This document shows positions 16,624 to 30,460 of a stretch of DNA of 64,000 nucleotides, piece by piece. Below the pieces are notes generated by a model. It was not told where the DNA came from. It worked only from the letters and a program-made list of their open reading frames with translations, and did no database searches. Position numbers and translations under genes: made by a program. Source of the DNA: an uncultured cyanobacterium (GTDB lineage Bacteria > Cyanobacteriota > Cyanobacteriia > Cyanobacteriales > CAWUOF01); contig CAVUSO010000001.1 of the NCBI GenBank assembly GCA_963744145.1, positions 2,400,001-2,464,000 of the forward strand, given 5' to 3'. Each line of letters opens with the position of its first letter. Position 1 is the stretch's first letter.

Positions 16624-19600
16624 TTACCAAGGATTACCGATGATGGTAAAAGCACTCCAATAATAGGGATGAGATAAGTTTTTGTTACGAATTTCATGTA
16701 ATTCTGGGGGTAAAGGTAAGGTCTGCTGGGGAGTAATTAATTGCCCGGATTCAATCCGTACTTTACCCCGAATCATGGCTAACTGAGCTTGTCGTAATGC
16801 TTCAGCTTTAATGGGAACTTTCCGAAGTTGCTGATAAAATTCAGTCATTAATCCCAGAGTGCCCTCATCAGAAATATACCAAAGAGATGCTAACGCTGAT
16901 TTGACTCCCACTTGGAAAGCTAATCCAGCAAAACCTAATTCGGCATTTTCATCACCGATCGCAGTTCGACAAGCACTTAAAACTAAGAGTTCGACTGGGG
17001 GTTTATTCCAGTCGATGGTTCTGAGATCGGGTAAAGGTAATTTGCGATCGACAAACTGAATATAGGAATTGCGAGGTTCTCCAGGAGTAAAGTCAGCATG
17101 GGTTGCTAGGTGAATGATTGCAAAAGGATGAGAAAGACGTTGAGATTTTAGGGTTTCGATCGTAAAGTCACGATTGAGAATTGATTTACCTCCCCAATTT
17201 TTGCGCCACTACTCTTGCTTCTGCTTCTGCTGCGGGTAAGGGGTTTTGGGAATCGATAAATTTAGCAGCTCCCATTGCTAAAACTTGGGAGTTACGCAGG
17301 TCAATCCGTTGTAAGTCTGTCAGGTTTAAACTGGGCATTAAACCCACACTATATTTTTCTATAATAAACTCTTTTCCGTTAGACATAGCCGCTAAGGGAA
17401 TGCTGCGTAAATTCACATCCATCACATAAACTAAGTTTTGAATGTTCTGTTTTTGCAATTCTGGCTCTAATGGTGCTAATAACCATTGATACATTTGTTG
17501 GGCTGGTACTAAATAACCATGGGTATTTCTAAGATCGCTGGTGTCGCGACGAAAATTATTAGCGATCGCGATAACTTCAGCTCTGGTAGCATTAGTTGAG
17601 CGACGAATTGGTTTAGTTTTGGCTGTGACTAAAATTAGCTCTAGCCGATCGCTATCTGTGGGAATTTGCGATCGCAATAAGGGAGGTATTTGTTTTAAGT
17701 TACTTGACTTTGGAGCCGCAGTAATAGTTTCTGGAACAAATACGGCATAAATAATTGCAGGTTTTATTCCGGTAGCTTTTTCTATACTACCAAGTAGATC
17801 CTGAGCCGCACTGAGAGAAATATTTTTTGACTCATTTAAGCCGAAATATTTGACAAAATCTTGGCTGAATATCTGATCAATTTCTAGAGTTTCTGGCGCT
17901 TGATTGGTAATTATTGGTAAAGCTTTGAGATGATTTTCTATACTACTTAAATCAACCGGATTAATTGCTAAATTTTGTTTAGGTGTAGGAGTTGGTGTGG
18001 GAGTTGGTGCGGGAGTTGGTGCGGGAGTTGGGGTAGGTGTGGGAGTTGGTGTGGGAGTTGGGGTAGGTGCGGGAGTTGGTGTGGGAGTTGGGGTAGGTGT
18101 GGGAGTTAGTGTGGGAGTTGGGGTAGGTGCGGGAGTTGGTGTGGGTGTAGGTGTGGGAGTTGGTGCGGGAGTTGGTGCAGGAACAGATATAATTTGAATG
18201 CGATTGTTATCTTGAGTATAAGTATATAAAAAAGAACCACTAGCAATAGTTGCTTGGGACATATTTCCTTCCGTCAGACTTCCTTTAGTACCATTAGTAG
18301 TAACATTTCCAACTATAAAAGGAATAATTCCATTTCCACCATGTTGAATAATAATATTTCCGCCGCGAAATGGGATGCTACTAGCAGCACAAATACTGGT
18401 ATTTATACAGTTTGAAAAAGTGAAAGTTCCGGGAATTGTCAAAAATTTGCTGGTGTTAATATTAACGTTACCACCAGCACTTTGTCCAAAAGTATTAATG
18501 GTATTTATTTGAACATCACTGCTAGAATTAATCTTAATATTGCCACCAATTCCATTATTAATAGCACTAGAATTAAGATCGGCAGTTTTAATAGTGTTGA
18601 GCGATTGAATAGTAATTGCTCCTCCATTACCTGAATTAGAACTAGAATTCAATGTACCTGTGGTAGTATCAATTATACCGTTAGTGCTATTAATATTAAT
18701 ACTTCCACCATTTCCGCTCCCAACATTTGCGACACCAGAGGAATTAGCGCGAATATCTCCTGCTAAATTAATATTTCCCGCAGCAGTTAGTGCAACTGCA
18801 CCCGCATTACCAAGATTTGATTTAGAAATTAAGGAACTAGAACTAATTGTGCTTGATGTACTTTTGAGCGTAATATTACCACCATTTTTAGTTCCAGAAC
18901 TTGCGCTAGCATCTAAAACAAGAGTATTAATTTTTCCCGCAGCAATGATACTGATATCACCCCCATTACTTAGCGTAGAACTAGATATAATTGAATCTGT
19001 ATTAATTGCACCATTACTGCTGCTAAGTGTAATCGTTCCCCCGCTTCCTATACTACTAGAATCAAGATTTGGGGTGCTAATATCTCCGGTAGCATTTAAG
19101 CTAATATTTCCACCATTACCTTGATGAGAATTAGCATTGATTGTATTAGTAGTAATTACACCACTTTGATTAGTGATAGTAATATTACCAGCATTTTTGA
19201 GACCACCAGAACTAGAATTAATAGTATTGGTAATAACTTTATCACCTCCAGCTTGGAGATTAATTTCTCCACCTTGACCAAAAGCAGAATTAGTAGTTAC
19301 ATTACCAGTAAAAATTGCCCCGGTACTGCTACTAAGGTTGACACTTCCACCTGTTCCAGCACCACTAACACTAGTATCAATATTACCAGTAGTTACCGGA
19401 GTAGTACCAGCAATTGCAATCGCACCTCCATTAGCAGAAATTGAATTAGAGTTAATATTTCCAGTAGTAATGAATCCAGTTTGATTTTTTACAGTAATAT
19501 TTCCCCCATTACCAGTACCTGTGGAACTAGAATTGAGTGTGGTTGTAGTAATTGACTGTGCTGATTGTAATGCAATATCACCACCATTACCTGAATTAGA

Positions 19601-22015
19601 ACTAGAGTTAATACTGCTAGTTGTAATCATCCCCATTTGACTGGTTAAATTAATATTGCCCCCAGTAGCATTAGTTGAACTAGAATTAACAGTAGTTAGA
19701 TTCAGATTGCTTCCTGCTGAAAAGGCGATCGCACCTCCATTTCCATTAGTAGAACTAGCATCAGTAGCATTACCATTAATAGTACCATTACTACTAGCAA
19801 TAGTTATATTTCCTCCTCCTAATTGTCCTGAAGAATTTGTCCCATTAGGAATATTTATATCACCAATACTCTTAATCTTTACTTCTCCACCAATTCCATT
19901 AACACTTGCATAAGAATTTATATTTTGCACAGTAAGAGAGCCACCATTTTGGATGGTAATATTACCACCACCCATCTGACCATTTGTCCCAATATTGCTA
20001 AGAATATTAATATTATTAGCAGCATTGAGGGTAATTGAACCACCGATTAGCCCTCCTGTACCAATATATGCAACATTAGTGATAATTGAACCGTTATTAC
20101 TGGTGAGATTAATATTGCCACCCTTTCCTGTAAAACTAGCACTACCAGCATCTATATAACTAGAAGTAACATTACCACCAGCAGTGACAGAAATATTACC
20201 ACCATTTCCACTAGCACCAAATGACACGATCGTCTGAATGTCTCTAGTAGTAACGTTATTTCCAGCATTAACAGTGATATTTCCACTATTACCAGTACCA
20301 CTACTTAAGATAGCTTGTAATGTGCGGGTACTAATATTATTTTTAGCAGTTAAATTCAATTCACCCGGTTTTGTAGCAAAACTGGTAGAAATATTTCCAG
20401 TAGTAATATTTGCGGCAGAAATTGTGATATCTCTACCATTAGTATTAATGTCATCGGTTGGAGTTTGCACCGTAAAAGACCCTACTCCAGTATTATTAGC
20501 ATCAGCAGTAAAGGTAATTGAACCTCCCCCAGATACAAAGTTAAGCCCAGCACCAGAAGTAATGGTAATATTATTAGTTGCTTCTAAGATTACATTTCCA
20601 GTTTGATTTTGCAGAGCTGTATTAGAAATAGTAAAAGTGGTGGGAGGACTAGCACTAGCAAAAATTGTTGGTAAAAAACTATCTTGTGGTTCACTTGGAC
20701 TAGCAACAATGTTAATATCGGTGGGATCTAATAATAAAGTACCTAATTTTCCTTTAGTCGCGTTCAGATTCACTAGACCATCAAAAGTTAGGTTTTCTTT
20801 CCCAGAAATTTCGACAAATCCCCCATTTCCAGAATTAATTCCACCTGGAGCGTTAATATTACCAAAAAAGTTAGTTACTCGATCGCTCCAAACAATCACG
20901 CTTCCACCATCTCCAGTTTTACCTCCATTAGCATTAATAATTGTATCTTTACTAACAAACGTTTCTAGTGCATTCGGGACATTTCCTTTTCCTTGAAAAT
21001 CTCCCCCGATTCGGACTATTCCTCCGGAACCTGAAGCATTAATATTCCCATTAATTAGTCCCACTTCTTGACCCAATATGTTGATATTTCCCCCAATTTT
21101 ATGATCAGGTTGAGAAACATCTAATTGACCTGATGCGATCGCCATTCCAGTTAAATTAGGAATCTTAATCTCGGAATTTTTTACAGTCAATGTTCCATCA
21201 GAATTAACATCAACTCCGGTTTCGATTCCAGCAGCATTTCCTGTCAATAAAGTTGGTAAATCTAGAGGTTTAATTGAGAGAATATTTCCTTCCTGATTCC
21301 GGGGTGGAGTAATTTCTAAACTCAGTAAGTGTCCTGGTTGACTAATTTTAATTACTTGGTCACCGGGAACAGCACTAATGGTCAGAGTTCCTCCTGGAAC
21401 TGTGAGCTGTCCTGTATTGATCACATTCCCACTCAGTAAAGTTAGACTTTGACCTGGTAATAGGGTTAAATTACCTGCATTAATAATATTTCCTGCTTGA
21501 ATATAGTCAAATGCAAATTGACTAGGATTACCGATTAAATTCTGATAATTGTTAACCCTAAAACTATTAAACCAATTATTGTTACCAAAACCGATCCCGG
21601 TTGCGGTAGTTGCGGTAAATGAAGCTGGTAGATTTAATTGAGCATGGGAGCCAAAGATAATTCCGGATGGATTGATTAAAAATAAGTTTGCGTTCCCTCC
21701 TGTTACCTGAATTAAGCCATTAATTAAAGAAGGATTACCCCCAACTACTCGACCTAATATATTATGGATCTGAGGAGTAATTTGAAAATTAGCAGTTTGA
21801 TTTGCTGATAAACCGAATTGCTCGAAACTATGGAACAAATTCGTGCGATCGCCCGATAATGTCCCACCGCGAATATCAAAACGATTACCGTTCTGGTTGA
21901 CTAAAGTATGGGTCCCATCAGATGCGGATGTAATTGGTTGAGCTGTGACTATCGAGTAAGTAGTGAACGGAAAAAGTAAAGGTAAAAGCACCCAAATTTG
22001 ACGAAGATTTAGCAT
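16624..22015 (-). pseudogene. Haemagglutinin-N (TPS)/beta-helix/Pro-Thr/CHAT protein 1, frameshifted in CHAT
   Basis: NLFHSF and NPSGI TPS motifs. An extra A near 17200 (GCGCAAAAATTGG vs paralogue GCGAAAAATTGG) shifts the frame; HLATH and LSAC continue in the other frame to 16624. Confidence 0.85.
17981..18180. repeat. Pro-Thr linker repeat (protein 1)
   Basis: 6-bp-based ggtgtg/ggagtt repeats. Confidence 0.85.
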
Positions 22016-22053
22016 AGTCTTAATTTCTGATAACTTTAATTTAAGGTGATTGG

Positions 22054-25000
22054 TTACCAAGGATTACCAATGATAGTGAAACCACTCCAATAATAAGGAT
22101 GAGATAAGTTTTTATTACTTACTTCATGTAACTCTTGGGGTAAAGGTAATTTGCTACCAGTGGTAATTAATTGTCCAGCTTCGAGTCGAACTTTTCCCGG
22201 ATCATTGCTAACTGAGCTTGTCGTAATGCTTCAGCTTTGATGGGAGTCTTCCGGAGTTGCTGATAAAATTCAGTCATTAATCCCAGAGTGCCTTCATCCG
22301 AAATAGACCAAAGCGATGCTAATGCTGATTTTACACCAACTTGTACAGCTAATCCAGCAAAACCTAACTCGGTATTTTCATCACCGATCGCAGTCCGACA
22401 AGCACTTAAAACTAAAAGTTCGACTGGAGGTTTATTCCATTCGATGGTTCTGAGATCTGGTAAATATAGTTTGCGATCGACAAACTGAATATAAGAATTT
22501 TCTGGCTTTTTTGATGAGAATTCAGCATGAGTCGCAAGATGAATGATCCCAAAATGGCCAGCAGCCCGTAGGGCTTTGAGGTTTTCGATGGTAAAATCTT
22601 GCTCAATAATTGATCTACCACCCCAATTTTTCGCGATCGCTAATACTTCTGATGTTGCTGCTGGTAAAGGGGTTAAATCATCAGTAAATTTTGAAGCACC
22701 CATGGCTAAAACTTGAAAGTTACGAATATTGACATGATGTAAATCTGTGAGATTTAAACTTGGCATTAATCCCACACTATATCGTTCGATGATAAACTCT
22801 TTACCATTAGACATAGCCGCTAAAGGAATACCACGTAAATTCACATCCATCACATAAACTAAATTTTGGATGCCCTGTTTTTGTAATTCGGATTCTAATG
22901 GTGCTACTAACCATTGATACATTTGCCGGGCTGGTACTAAATAACCACGAAAATTTCTGATATTGCTAGTATTGTTACGAAAATCGTTCGCGATCGCCAT
23001 TACTTGGGTTCTAGTTGCTTTCGTGGAGCGACGGATTGGCTTTCCTTGGGCTGTGACCAAAATTAGTTCCAGTCGATCACGATCTGCCGGAATCAGCGAT
23101 CGCAACAACAGAGGTACTTGTTTTAAGTTACTTGATTCGGTCGCTGGAGTGATAGATTCTGGCACAAATACAGCATAAATAATTGCAGGTTTTACTCCAG
23201 TATTTTCTTCTATATTATGGAGAATGTTGCGAGTTTCACTTAGGGAAATATTTCTGATATTTTCTAATCCAAAATAATTGATAAAATCTTGGCTAAATAA
23301 CTGATCAATTTCTAGAGTTTGAGGATCATTTGCAAGTAGTGGTAAAAAATTGATGTGCTGTTCTGTATTTGTTAAATCAATGGGATTAATTTTTAAATTC
23401 TGTTGATTAGATTTTGTAGGTGTAGGTGTAGGTGTAGGTATGGGTGTGGGTATGGGTGTGGGTGTAGGTATGGGTGTGGGTGTGGGTATGGGTGTAGGTA
23501 TAGGTGTAGGTGTGGGTGTAGGTATGGGTGTGGGTGTAGGTGTAGGTGTGGAAGTGAAAGATATAATTTGAATCTGATTTATGTTATTAGTAATACTATT
23601 TGTGGCAGTTAAAACCAGTTCACTCGGTGTAGTAGGAAAAGTTGTAGCAATATTTCCAGCATAAATATTTGTAGCTGAAACTTTGATATTTCTACCATTG
23701 GTAATAACCTGATCGGCTGGATTTTGCACTATAAAAGAACCAACACCAGAATTTGTAGCATCAGCAGTAAATGTAATTGAACCTCCACCAGGAACAAAAT
23801 TAAGCCCAGCACCGGAAGTAATGGTAATGTTATTAGTTGCTTGTAAGATTACATTACCAGTTTGACTTTGCAGTGCGTTTTGTGAGATTGTAAAGGTTGC
23901 AGGAGGACTGGTACTAGCAAAAATTGTTGGTAAAAAACTATCTTGAGGCGCACTTGTGCCAGGAATAATAATAATATCAGTTGGATCTAATAGTAAAGTT
24001 CCAAAACTACCTTTAGGAGCATTTAGATTAACTATTCCGTTGAAAGTTAGATTTTCTTTACCCGATATTTCTGTCAATCCACCATTCCCTGAATTAATTC
24101 CACCACGATCGCTAATATTACCAAAAAAATTTGTTACTTGATCACTCCAAACAACAATATTTCCGCCATTACCATAATTAATTGCATCAGCATTAATCGT
24201 CGAACCTTGACTAACAAAAGTTTGAGTTGCATTTGGTGCAGTTCCCTTACCTTGAAAATCACCACCAATTTTTATTGTTCCTCCACCATTACCACCAGCA
24301 GCATTAATATTGCCATTAATCACACCTACTTTACTACCAAAAATATTTATATTTCCCCCAGGTTGTGATAAATTAGATGTATCTAATTTGCCAGAAGCGA
24401 TCGCCATTCCTGGTAAATTAGGAATATTAATATCCGAATTTTTTAGTTGGAGAGTACCATTTGGATTGACAGTAACTCCAGTTTCCAAATTTCTAGCGTT
24501 TCCCGTAAGTAAAGTGGGCAAATCTATTAGTTTAATTGGTAGGATATTGCCATTATTATTGCGTGGTGGAGTGATTTCTAAACTCAGTAAATGTCCGGGT
24601 TGACTAATTTTGATTACTTCCTCACCAGGTACAGCCGTGATCGTAAGATTTCCCGCTGGTGCTATGAGTTTTCCTGTATTAATAACGTTACCGCTAAGTA
24701 AAGTTAAATTTTGTCCTGGTAACACAGTTAAATTACCAGCATTAATAACATTTCCAGTCTGAGAACTATCAAAAGCAAATTTACTCGGAGTTCCGGTGAG
24801 ATTCTGATAATTGTTAGCGCCAAAAATATTAAACCAATTATTACCACCAAATCCGATTCCAGTAGCAGTAGTAGCAGTAAATGAACCAGGAATATTTAAT
24901 TGAGCATTTGTGCCAAAGATAATCCCTGCTGGGTTAATTAAAAATAAGTTAGCATTCCCTCCTGTTACTTGAATTAAACCATTAATTAGAGAAGGATTTC

Positions 25001-25274
25001 CACTAACTACTCGACCTAAAATATTATGAATCTGGGGATTGATAATAAAATTAGCAGTTTGATTTTTAGATAGCCCAAATTGCTCAAAACTATGAAATAA
25101 ATTAGCGCGATCGCCCGATAATGTCCCACCGCGAATATCAAAACTATTACCATTCTGATTGACTAAAGTATGGGTTCGATCGGGTGCGGATGTAATTGGT
25201 TGAGCTATTACTGAACGAGTAGTGAACGGAAAAAGCAAAGATAAAAACAGCCAAATTCGTGGTAGATTTAGCAT
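22054..25274 (-). CDS. Haemagglutinin-N/Pro-Thr/CHAT protein 2 (short beta-helix), with a 1-bp deletion near the 3' end
   Basis: TPS motifs, HLATH and LSAC intact. A G is missing near 22197 (CGGGAAAAG vs paralogue CGGGGTAAAG). The natural end [15 protein letters not shown] stops at 22054. Confidence 0.85.
23415..23550. repeat. Pro-Thr/Ile linker repeat (protein 2)
   Basis: ggtgta/ggtatg/ggtgtg hexamer repeats. Confidence 0.85.
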
Positions 25275-25312
25275 TGTCTTAATTTCTGATAGCTGCCATT
25301 TAATGTGATTGG

Positions 25313-28300
25313 TTACCAAGGATTACCGATGATAGTAAAGGAACTCCAATAATAGGGATGAGATAAGTTTTTGTTGCCAATTTCATGTAATTCTAGAGGT
25401 AAAGGTGATGTACCACTAGTGGTAATCAATTGTCCAGCTTCAACGCGAACTTTCCCTTGAATCATAGCTAATTGAGCTTGTCGTAATGCTTCAACTTTGA
25501 TGGGAGCTTTGCGAAGTTGCTGGTAAAATTCGGTCATTAATCCCAAAGTACCCTCATCAGAAATATACCACAGGGATGCTAAAGCTGATTTAACTCCCAC
25601 TTGGAAAGCTAATCCAGCAAAACCTAACTCAGCATTTTCATCACCGATCGCAGTCCGACAAGCACTTAAAACTAAAAGTTCGACTGGGGGGTTACTCCAT
25701 TCGATCGTTCTGAGAGCTGATAAAGGTAATTTGCGATCGACAAACTGAATATAGGAATTGCTGGATTCTCCTGGAGCAAATTCAGCATGGGTCGCTAGGT
25801 GGATGATTCCAAACGGATGAGAAGCGCGTTCCGATTTCAGGTTTTCGATCGTAAAGTTGCGATTAAGGATTGATTTACCTCCCCAAATTTTCGCAATTAT
25901 CAATGCTTCTGCTTCAGCTGCGGGTAAGGGATTTTGGGGATCGGCAAATTTAGCAGCTCCCATAGTTAAGATTTGAGAGTTACGCAGATCAACATGACGT
26001 AAATCAGTCAGGTTTAGACTTGGCATTAAACCCACACTATACTTTTCCACAATAAATTCCTTTCCATTATACATGGCGGCTAAGGGAATACTGCGTAAAT
26101 TCACATCCATAATATAATCTAAATTTTGAATACCCTGTTTTTGCAATTCCGGTGCTAATGGTGCTACTAACAATTGATACATTTGTTGGGCTGGTACTAA
26201 ATAACCCCGAGGATTTCTGACATTACTGACCTTGCGACGAAAATCAGTGGCGATCGCGATAACTTCAGCTCTGGTAGCATTAGTTGAGCGACGAATTGGT
26301 TTGGTTTTTGCTGTGATTAAAATCAGTTCAAGCCGATCGCTATTGCTGGGTATTTGCGATCGCAATAAGGAAGGTATTTGTTTTAAGTTACCTGATTTTG
26401 GAGCCGCAGTAATAGTTTCTGGAACAAATACAGCATAAATAATTGCAGGTTTTATTCCGGTAGCTTTTTCTATACTACTAAGTAGATCCTGTGCTTCGAT
26501 CACAGAAGTATCTTTTGACTCATTTAAGTTGAAATAATTGATAAAATCTTGGCTGAATATTTGATCAATATTCAGAGTTTCTGATTCTGCACTTGGAACT
26601 AACGGTAAAGCTTTAATGGGATTTTCTGTCCTGGTTAAATCAACCGGATTAATTGCTAAATCTTTTTGAGGAGTTGGAATTAGGGTTGGAATTGGAATTG
26701 GAGTTGGAATTGGAGTTGGGATTAAAATTGGAGTTGGTGTTGGTGTTGGGATTGAAATTGGTGTTGGTGTTGGGATTGAAATTGGAGTTGGTGTTGGTGT
26801 TGGGATTGAAATTGGAGTTGGTGTTGGAATTGAAATTGGAGTTGGTGTTGGGATTGAAATTGGAGTTGGTGTTGGAATTGAAATTGGGGTTGGTGTTGGA
26901 ATTGAAATTGGGGTTGGTGTTGGAGTTGGGGTTGGAATTGGTGTTGGAGTTGGGGTTGGAATTGGAGTTGGGGTTGGAATTGGAGTTGGGGTTGGAGTTG
27001 GAGTTGGGGGTGGGGTTGGAGTTGGAGTTGGAGTTGGAGTTGGGGGTGGAGCGGGAACAGATATAATTTGAATGCGATCGCTATCTTGAGTATAATTATA
27101 TAAAAATGAACCGCTAGTAATCGTTGCTTGTGTTGTATTTCCTTCCGTCAAACTTCCACTAGTACCATTAGTAGTAGCATCTCCAACTATAAAAGGAATA
27201 GTCCCATTCCCCCCATGATTAATGGTAATATTTCCCCCGTTTAATGGGTTACCGCTAGCAGCACAAATACTCGTATTTATACAGGTTAATAAATTTAAAG
27301 TTCCGAGAATTTTCAAAAATTGGCTAGTGGTAATATTAACGTTACCACCAGTATTGTTTCCAAAAGTATTAATGCTATTAAGCTGAATATCACTACCCGA
27401 GTTAATCTTAATATTACCACCGATTCCATTATTAACAGCACTAGAGTTAAGATCAGCAGTTTTAATGGAATTGAGCGATTGAATGGTAATTGCTCCCCCA
27501 TTACTTGAACTCGAACTAGAATTCAGTATACCTGCGGTAGTATCAATGATCCCGTTAGTGCTACTAATCGTAATATTTCCACCATTTCCACTTCTAGAGT
27601 TTGCACCAGCTATCCCATCACCAGTAACGTTCGATGTGATATTACCTGTAGTCAGGTTAGTGCTAGTCGTAATCGCGATCGCACCTCCATTACCATTAGT
27701 AGAACTAGAATTAATCCCACCTTTATTAGTATTAAACGCACCATTACTACTCGTAATGGTTATATTTCCTCCTCCGAAAGTTCCCGAAGAATTAATTCCT
27801 AGGACTGCATTGGTAGTATTAATATCACCGATCGCTTTGAGGGAAATATCACCTCCTTTTCCACTAGTAATAGATGAAACGATCGTCTGGATATCTGTAG
27901 TAGTAAGGTTACCTCCAGCATTAATAGTAATATTTCCACCATTACCATTACCATTACCAGTGGTCGGGTTCGCTTGTAATGAGCGAGTAGTAATATTGTT
28001 TTTAGCAGTTAAAGTTAAATCCCCTGCTTTAGTAGTAAAACTGGTGGAAATATTCCCGGTAGTAATATTTCCAGCGGAAATTGTGAGATTTCTCCCATTG
28101 GTATTAATATTATTTGCTAGATTTTGCACCGTAAAAGAACCTACTCCACTATTACTAGCATCAGCAGTAAAAGTAATTGAACCTCCCCCAGATACAAAGT
28201 TAAGTGCAGCACCTGAAGTGACAGTGATATTATTAGTTGCTTGTAAGATCACATTTCCTATTTGACTTTGTAGTGCAGTATTGGAAATGGTAAAGGTGGT

Positions 28301-29674
28301 CGGAGGACTAGCATTAGCAAAAATTGTTGGTAAAAAACTATCTTGTGCTGCAACAGTAGCGGCAATGATGTTAATATTAGTTGGATCTAATAATAAATTA
28401 CCCAATTTTCCTTTAGTCGCGTTCAGATTAACTAGACCATCAAAAATTAGGTTTTCTTTCCCAGAAATTTCGACAAATCCCCCATTTCCACTATTGGTCC
28501 CACCTTGAGCGCTAATCTTTCCCAAAAAGTTGGTTATGTGATCACTCCAAACGATAATGCGTCCACCATCTCCAGTTTGATTTCCATCAGCATTAATAAT
28601 TGTATCTTTACTGACAAATGTTTCTAGTGCATTTGGGACATTTCCTTTCCCTTGAAAATCTCCCCCGATTCGGACTATTCCTCCGGAACCTGAAGCATTA
28701 ATATTCCCATTAATTAGTCCTACTTCTTGACCCAATATGTTGATATTTCCCCCAATTTTATGATCAGGTTGAGAAACATCTAATTGACCTGATGCGATCG
28801 CCATTCCAGTTAAATTAGGAATCTTAATCTCGGAATTTTTTACAGTCAATGTTCCATCAGAATTAACACTAACTCCGGTTTCGATCCCAGCAGCAGTTCC
28901 TGTCAATAAAGTTGGTAAATCCAGGGGTTTAATTGAGAGAATATTTCCTTCCTGATTCCGGGGTGGAGTAATTTCTAAACTCAGTAAGTGTCCTGGTTGA
29001 CTAATTTTAATTACTTGGTCACCGGGAACAGCACTAATGGTCAGAGTTCCTCCTGGAACTGTGAGTTGTCCTGTATTGATCACATTTCCACTCAATAAAG
29101 TTAGACTTTGACCTGGTGCTAGGGTTAAATTACCTGCATTAATAATATTTCCTGCTTGAATATAGTCAAATGCAAATTGACTAGGATTACCGATTAAATT
29201 CTGATAATTGTTAACACCAAAACTATTAAACCAATTATTGTTACCAAAACCGATCCCGGTTGCGGTAGTTGCGGTAAATGAAGCTGGTAGATTTAATTGA
29301 GCATGGGAACCAAAGATAATTCCCGCTGGATTTATTAAAAATAAGTTCGCATTCCCTCCAGTGACTTGAATTAAGCCATTAATTAAAGAAGGATTACCCC
29401 CAACTACTCGACCTAAGATATTATGGATCTGAGGAGTAATTTGAAAATTAGCAGTTTGGTTGGTCGATAATCCGAATTGGGTAAAACTGTGGAATAAATT
29501 AGTGCGATCGCCCGATAATGTCCCACCTCGAATATCGAAACGATTACCATTCTGATTGACTAAAGTATGAGTCCCATCAGGTGCGGATGTAATCGGTTGT
29601 GCTATAACTGTCAGGTGAACAGTTAAGGGGAAAAGTAAAGGAAAAAATAATCCAATTTGCCGAAAATTTAACAT
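25313..29674 (-). CDS. Haemagglutinin-N/beta-helix/Pro-Thr/CHAT protein 3 (intact)
   Basis: Signal peptide, NLFHSF/NPAGI, GGNI-type beta-helix repeats, PT linker, HLATH/LSAC and HPYYW end. Confidence 0.92.
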   Translation of the reverse strand: MLNFRQIGLFFPLLFPLTVHLTVIAQPITSAPDGTHTLVNQNGNRFDIRGGTLSGDRTNLFHSFTQFGLSTNQTANFQITPQIHNILGRVVGGNPSLINGLIQVTGGNANLFLINPAGIIFGSHAQLNLPASFTATTATGIGFGNNNWFNSFGVNNYQNLIGNPSQFAFDYIQAGNIINAGNLTLAPGQSLTLLSGNVINTGQLTVPGGTLTISAVPGDQVIKISQPGHLLSLEITPPRNQEGNILSIKPLDLPTLLTGTAAGIETGVSVNSDGTLTVKNSEIKIPNLTGMAIASGQLDVSQPDHKIGGNINILGQEVGLINGNINASGSGGIVRIGGDFQGKGNVPNALETFVSKDTIINADGNQTGDGGRIIVWSDHITNFLGKISAQGGTNSGNGGFVEISGKENLIFDGLVNLNATKGKLGNLLLDPTNINIIAATVAAQDSFLPTIFANASPPTTFTISNTALQSQIGNVILQATNNITVTSGAALNFVSGGGSITFTADASNSGVGSFTVQNLANNINTNGRNLTISAGNITTGNISTSFTTKAGDLTLTAKNNITTRSLQANPTTGNGNGNGGNITINAGGNLTTTDIQTIVSSITSGKGGDISLKAIGDINTTNAVLGINSSGTFGGGNITITSSNGAFNTNKGGINSSSTNGNGGAIAITTSTNLTTGNITSNVTGDGIAGANSRSGNGGNITISSTNGIIDTTAGILNSSSSSSNGGAITIQSLNSIKTADLNSSAVNNGIGGNIKINSGSDIQLNSINTFGNNTGGNVNITTSQFLKILGTLNLLTCINTSICAASGNPLNGGNITINHGGNGTIPFIVGDATTNGTSGSLTEGNTTQATITSGSFLYNYTQDSDRIQIISVPAPPPTPTPTPTPTPPPTPTPTPTPIPTPTPIPTPTPTPIPTPTPTPTPISIPTPTPISIPTPTPISIPTPTPISIPTPTPISIPTPTPTPISIPTPTPISIPTPTPTPILIPTPIPTPIPIPTLIPTPQKDLAINPVDLTRTENPIKALPLVPSAESETLNIDQIFSQDFINYFNLNESKDTSVIEAQDLLSSIEKATGIKPAIIYAVFVPETITAAPKSGNLKQIPSLLRSQIPSNSDRLELILITAKTKPIRRSTNATRAEVIAIATDFRRKVSNVRNPRGYLVPAQQMYQLLVAPLAPELQKQGIQNLDYIMDVNLRSIPLAAMYNGKEFIVEKYSVGLMPSLNLTDLRHVDLRNSQILTMGAAKFADPQNPLPAAEAEALIIAKIWGGKSILNRNFTIENLKSERASHPFGIIHLATHAEFAPGESSNSYIQFVDRKLPLSALRTIEWSNPPVELLVLSACRTAIGDENAELGFAGLAFQVGVKSALASLWYISDEGTLGLMTEFYQQLRKAPIKVEALRQAQLAMIQGKVRVEAGQLITTSGTSPLPLELHEIGNKNLSHPYYWSSFTIIGNPW
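26670..27055. repeat. Pro-Thr/Ile-Ser linker repeat (protein 3)
   Basis: PTPTPISI units of 24-30 bp. Confidence 0.85.
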
Positions 29675-30460
29675 GGTTTTAATTTCTTGTTGATAAAATT
29701 GATTTTGATTACTACCTAAATCTTGCTAACTTTTACCTAATTTAATAGTTAGCAGCAAGGAAAAAGTTTTCGATCGCTTTAGGTAGCGAAAATCTTGCAC
29801 CATTATTGGTGAATTTAACTCATCCCAATTACTGACTTAATTACTGGAGGTTGATCTGTGCGGTCGAGCGGGTTTATGATCCTGATCTATTTGTTATTAA
29901 ATTGATTTGTGAACCCGTAGAATCGGGTTTATCTTATTGGTAGGTGAGGATTAAAAATCTAGCTGAAAGCTGAACTCGCTCCTACACACATTTAATTATC
30001 TTTTTTGAGAGAAATTATTTCATCAAAAATACCATTTTGTCCAAGCAAGTTCACCGGGATATTTGCTAATTAAGCACCAATTATATAAACTTGCCCCAGC
30101 CTCATCAATTAAGTACAACTTCATACTTAAAGGATATTATTACTCTTAATTATAGCTAATTTTTTTTAGAATTGTGTAAAGATTTTTTTATGATACCTAA
30201 TTAATTTTGCACATGATCACAAAAAATTAAATAATAATTGTCGGAATAATAGCTGCTCAAGTTATTACTGCTAAATGTTGTGACCATAAAAACCTAAAAA
30301 GATGGTCGCTCTGAACAACAATGTAATATTCGAGTAACTTTCCTATAAAAATTTAAAATTTAAAGGCAAAATATTCTCTGGTATATTGCATCCCAGAGAA
30401 TAAAATAACCATCAGAGGTTTTTAATTTATAGCATTATTTTCGATTTTCTTAATTAATGC

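Noticed and set aside
17541..28508. Many plus-strand ORFs (e.g. 17997-18197, 26653-27066, 27483-28265)
   Set aside because: Antisense shadows of low-complexity beta-helix and Pro-Thr coding sequence
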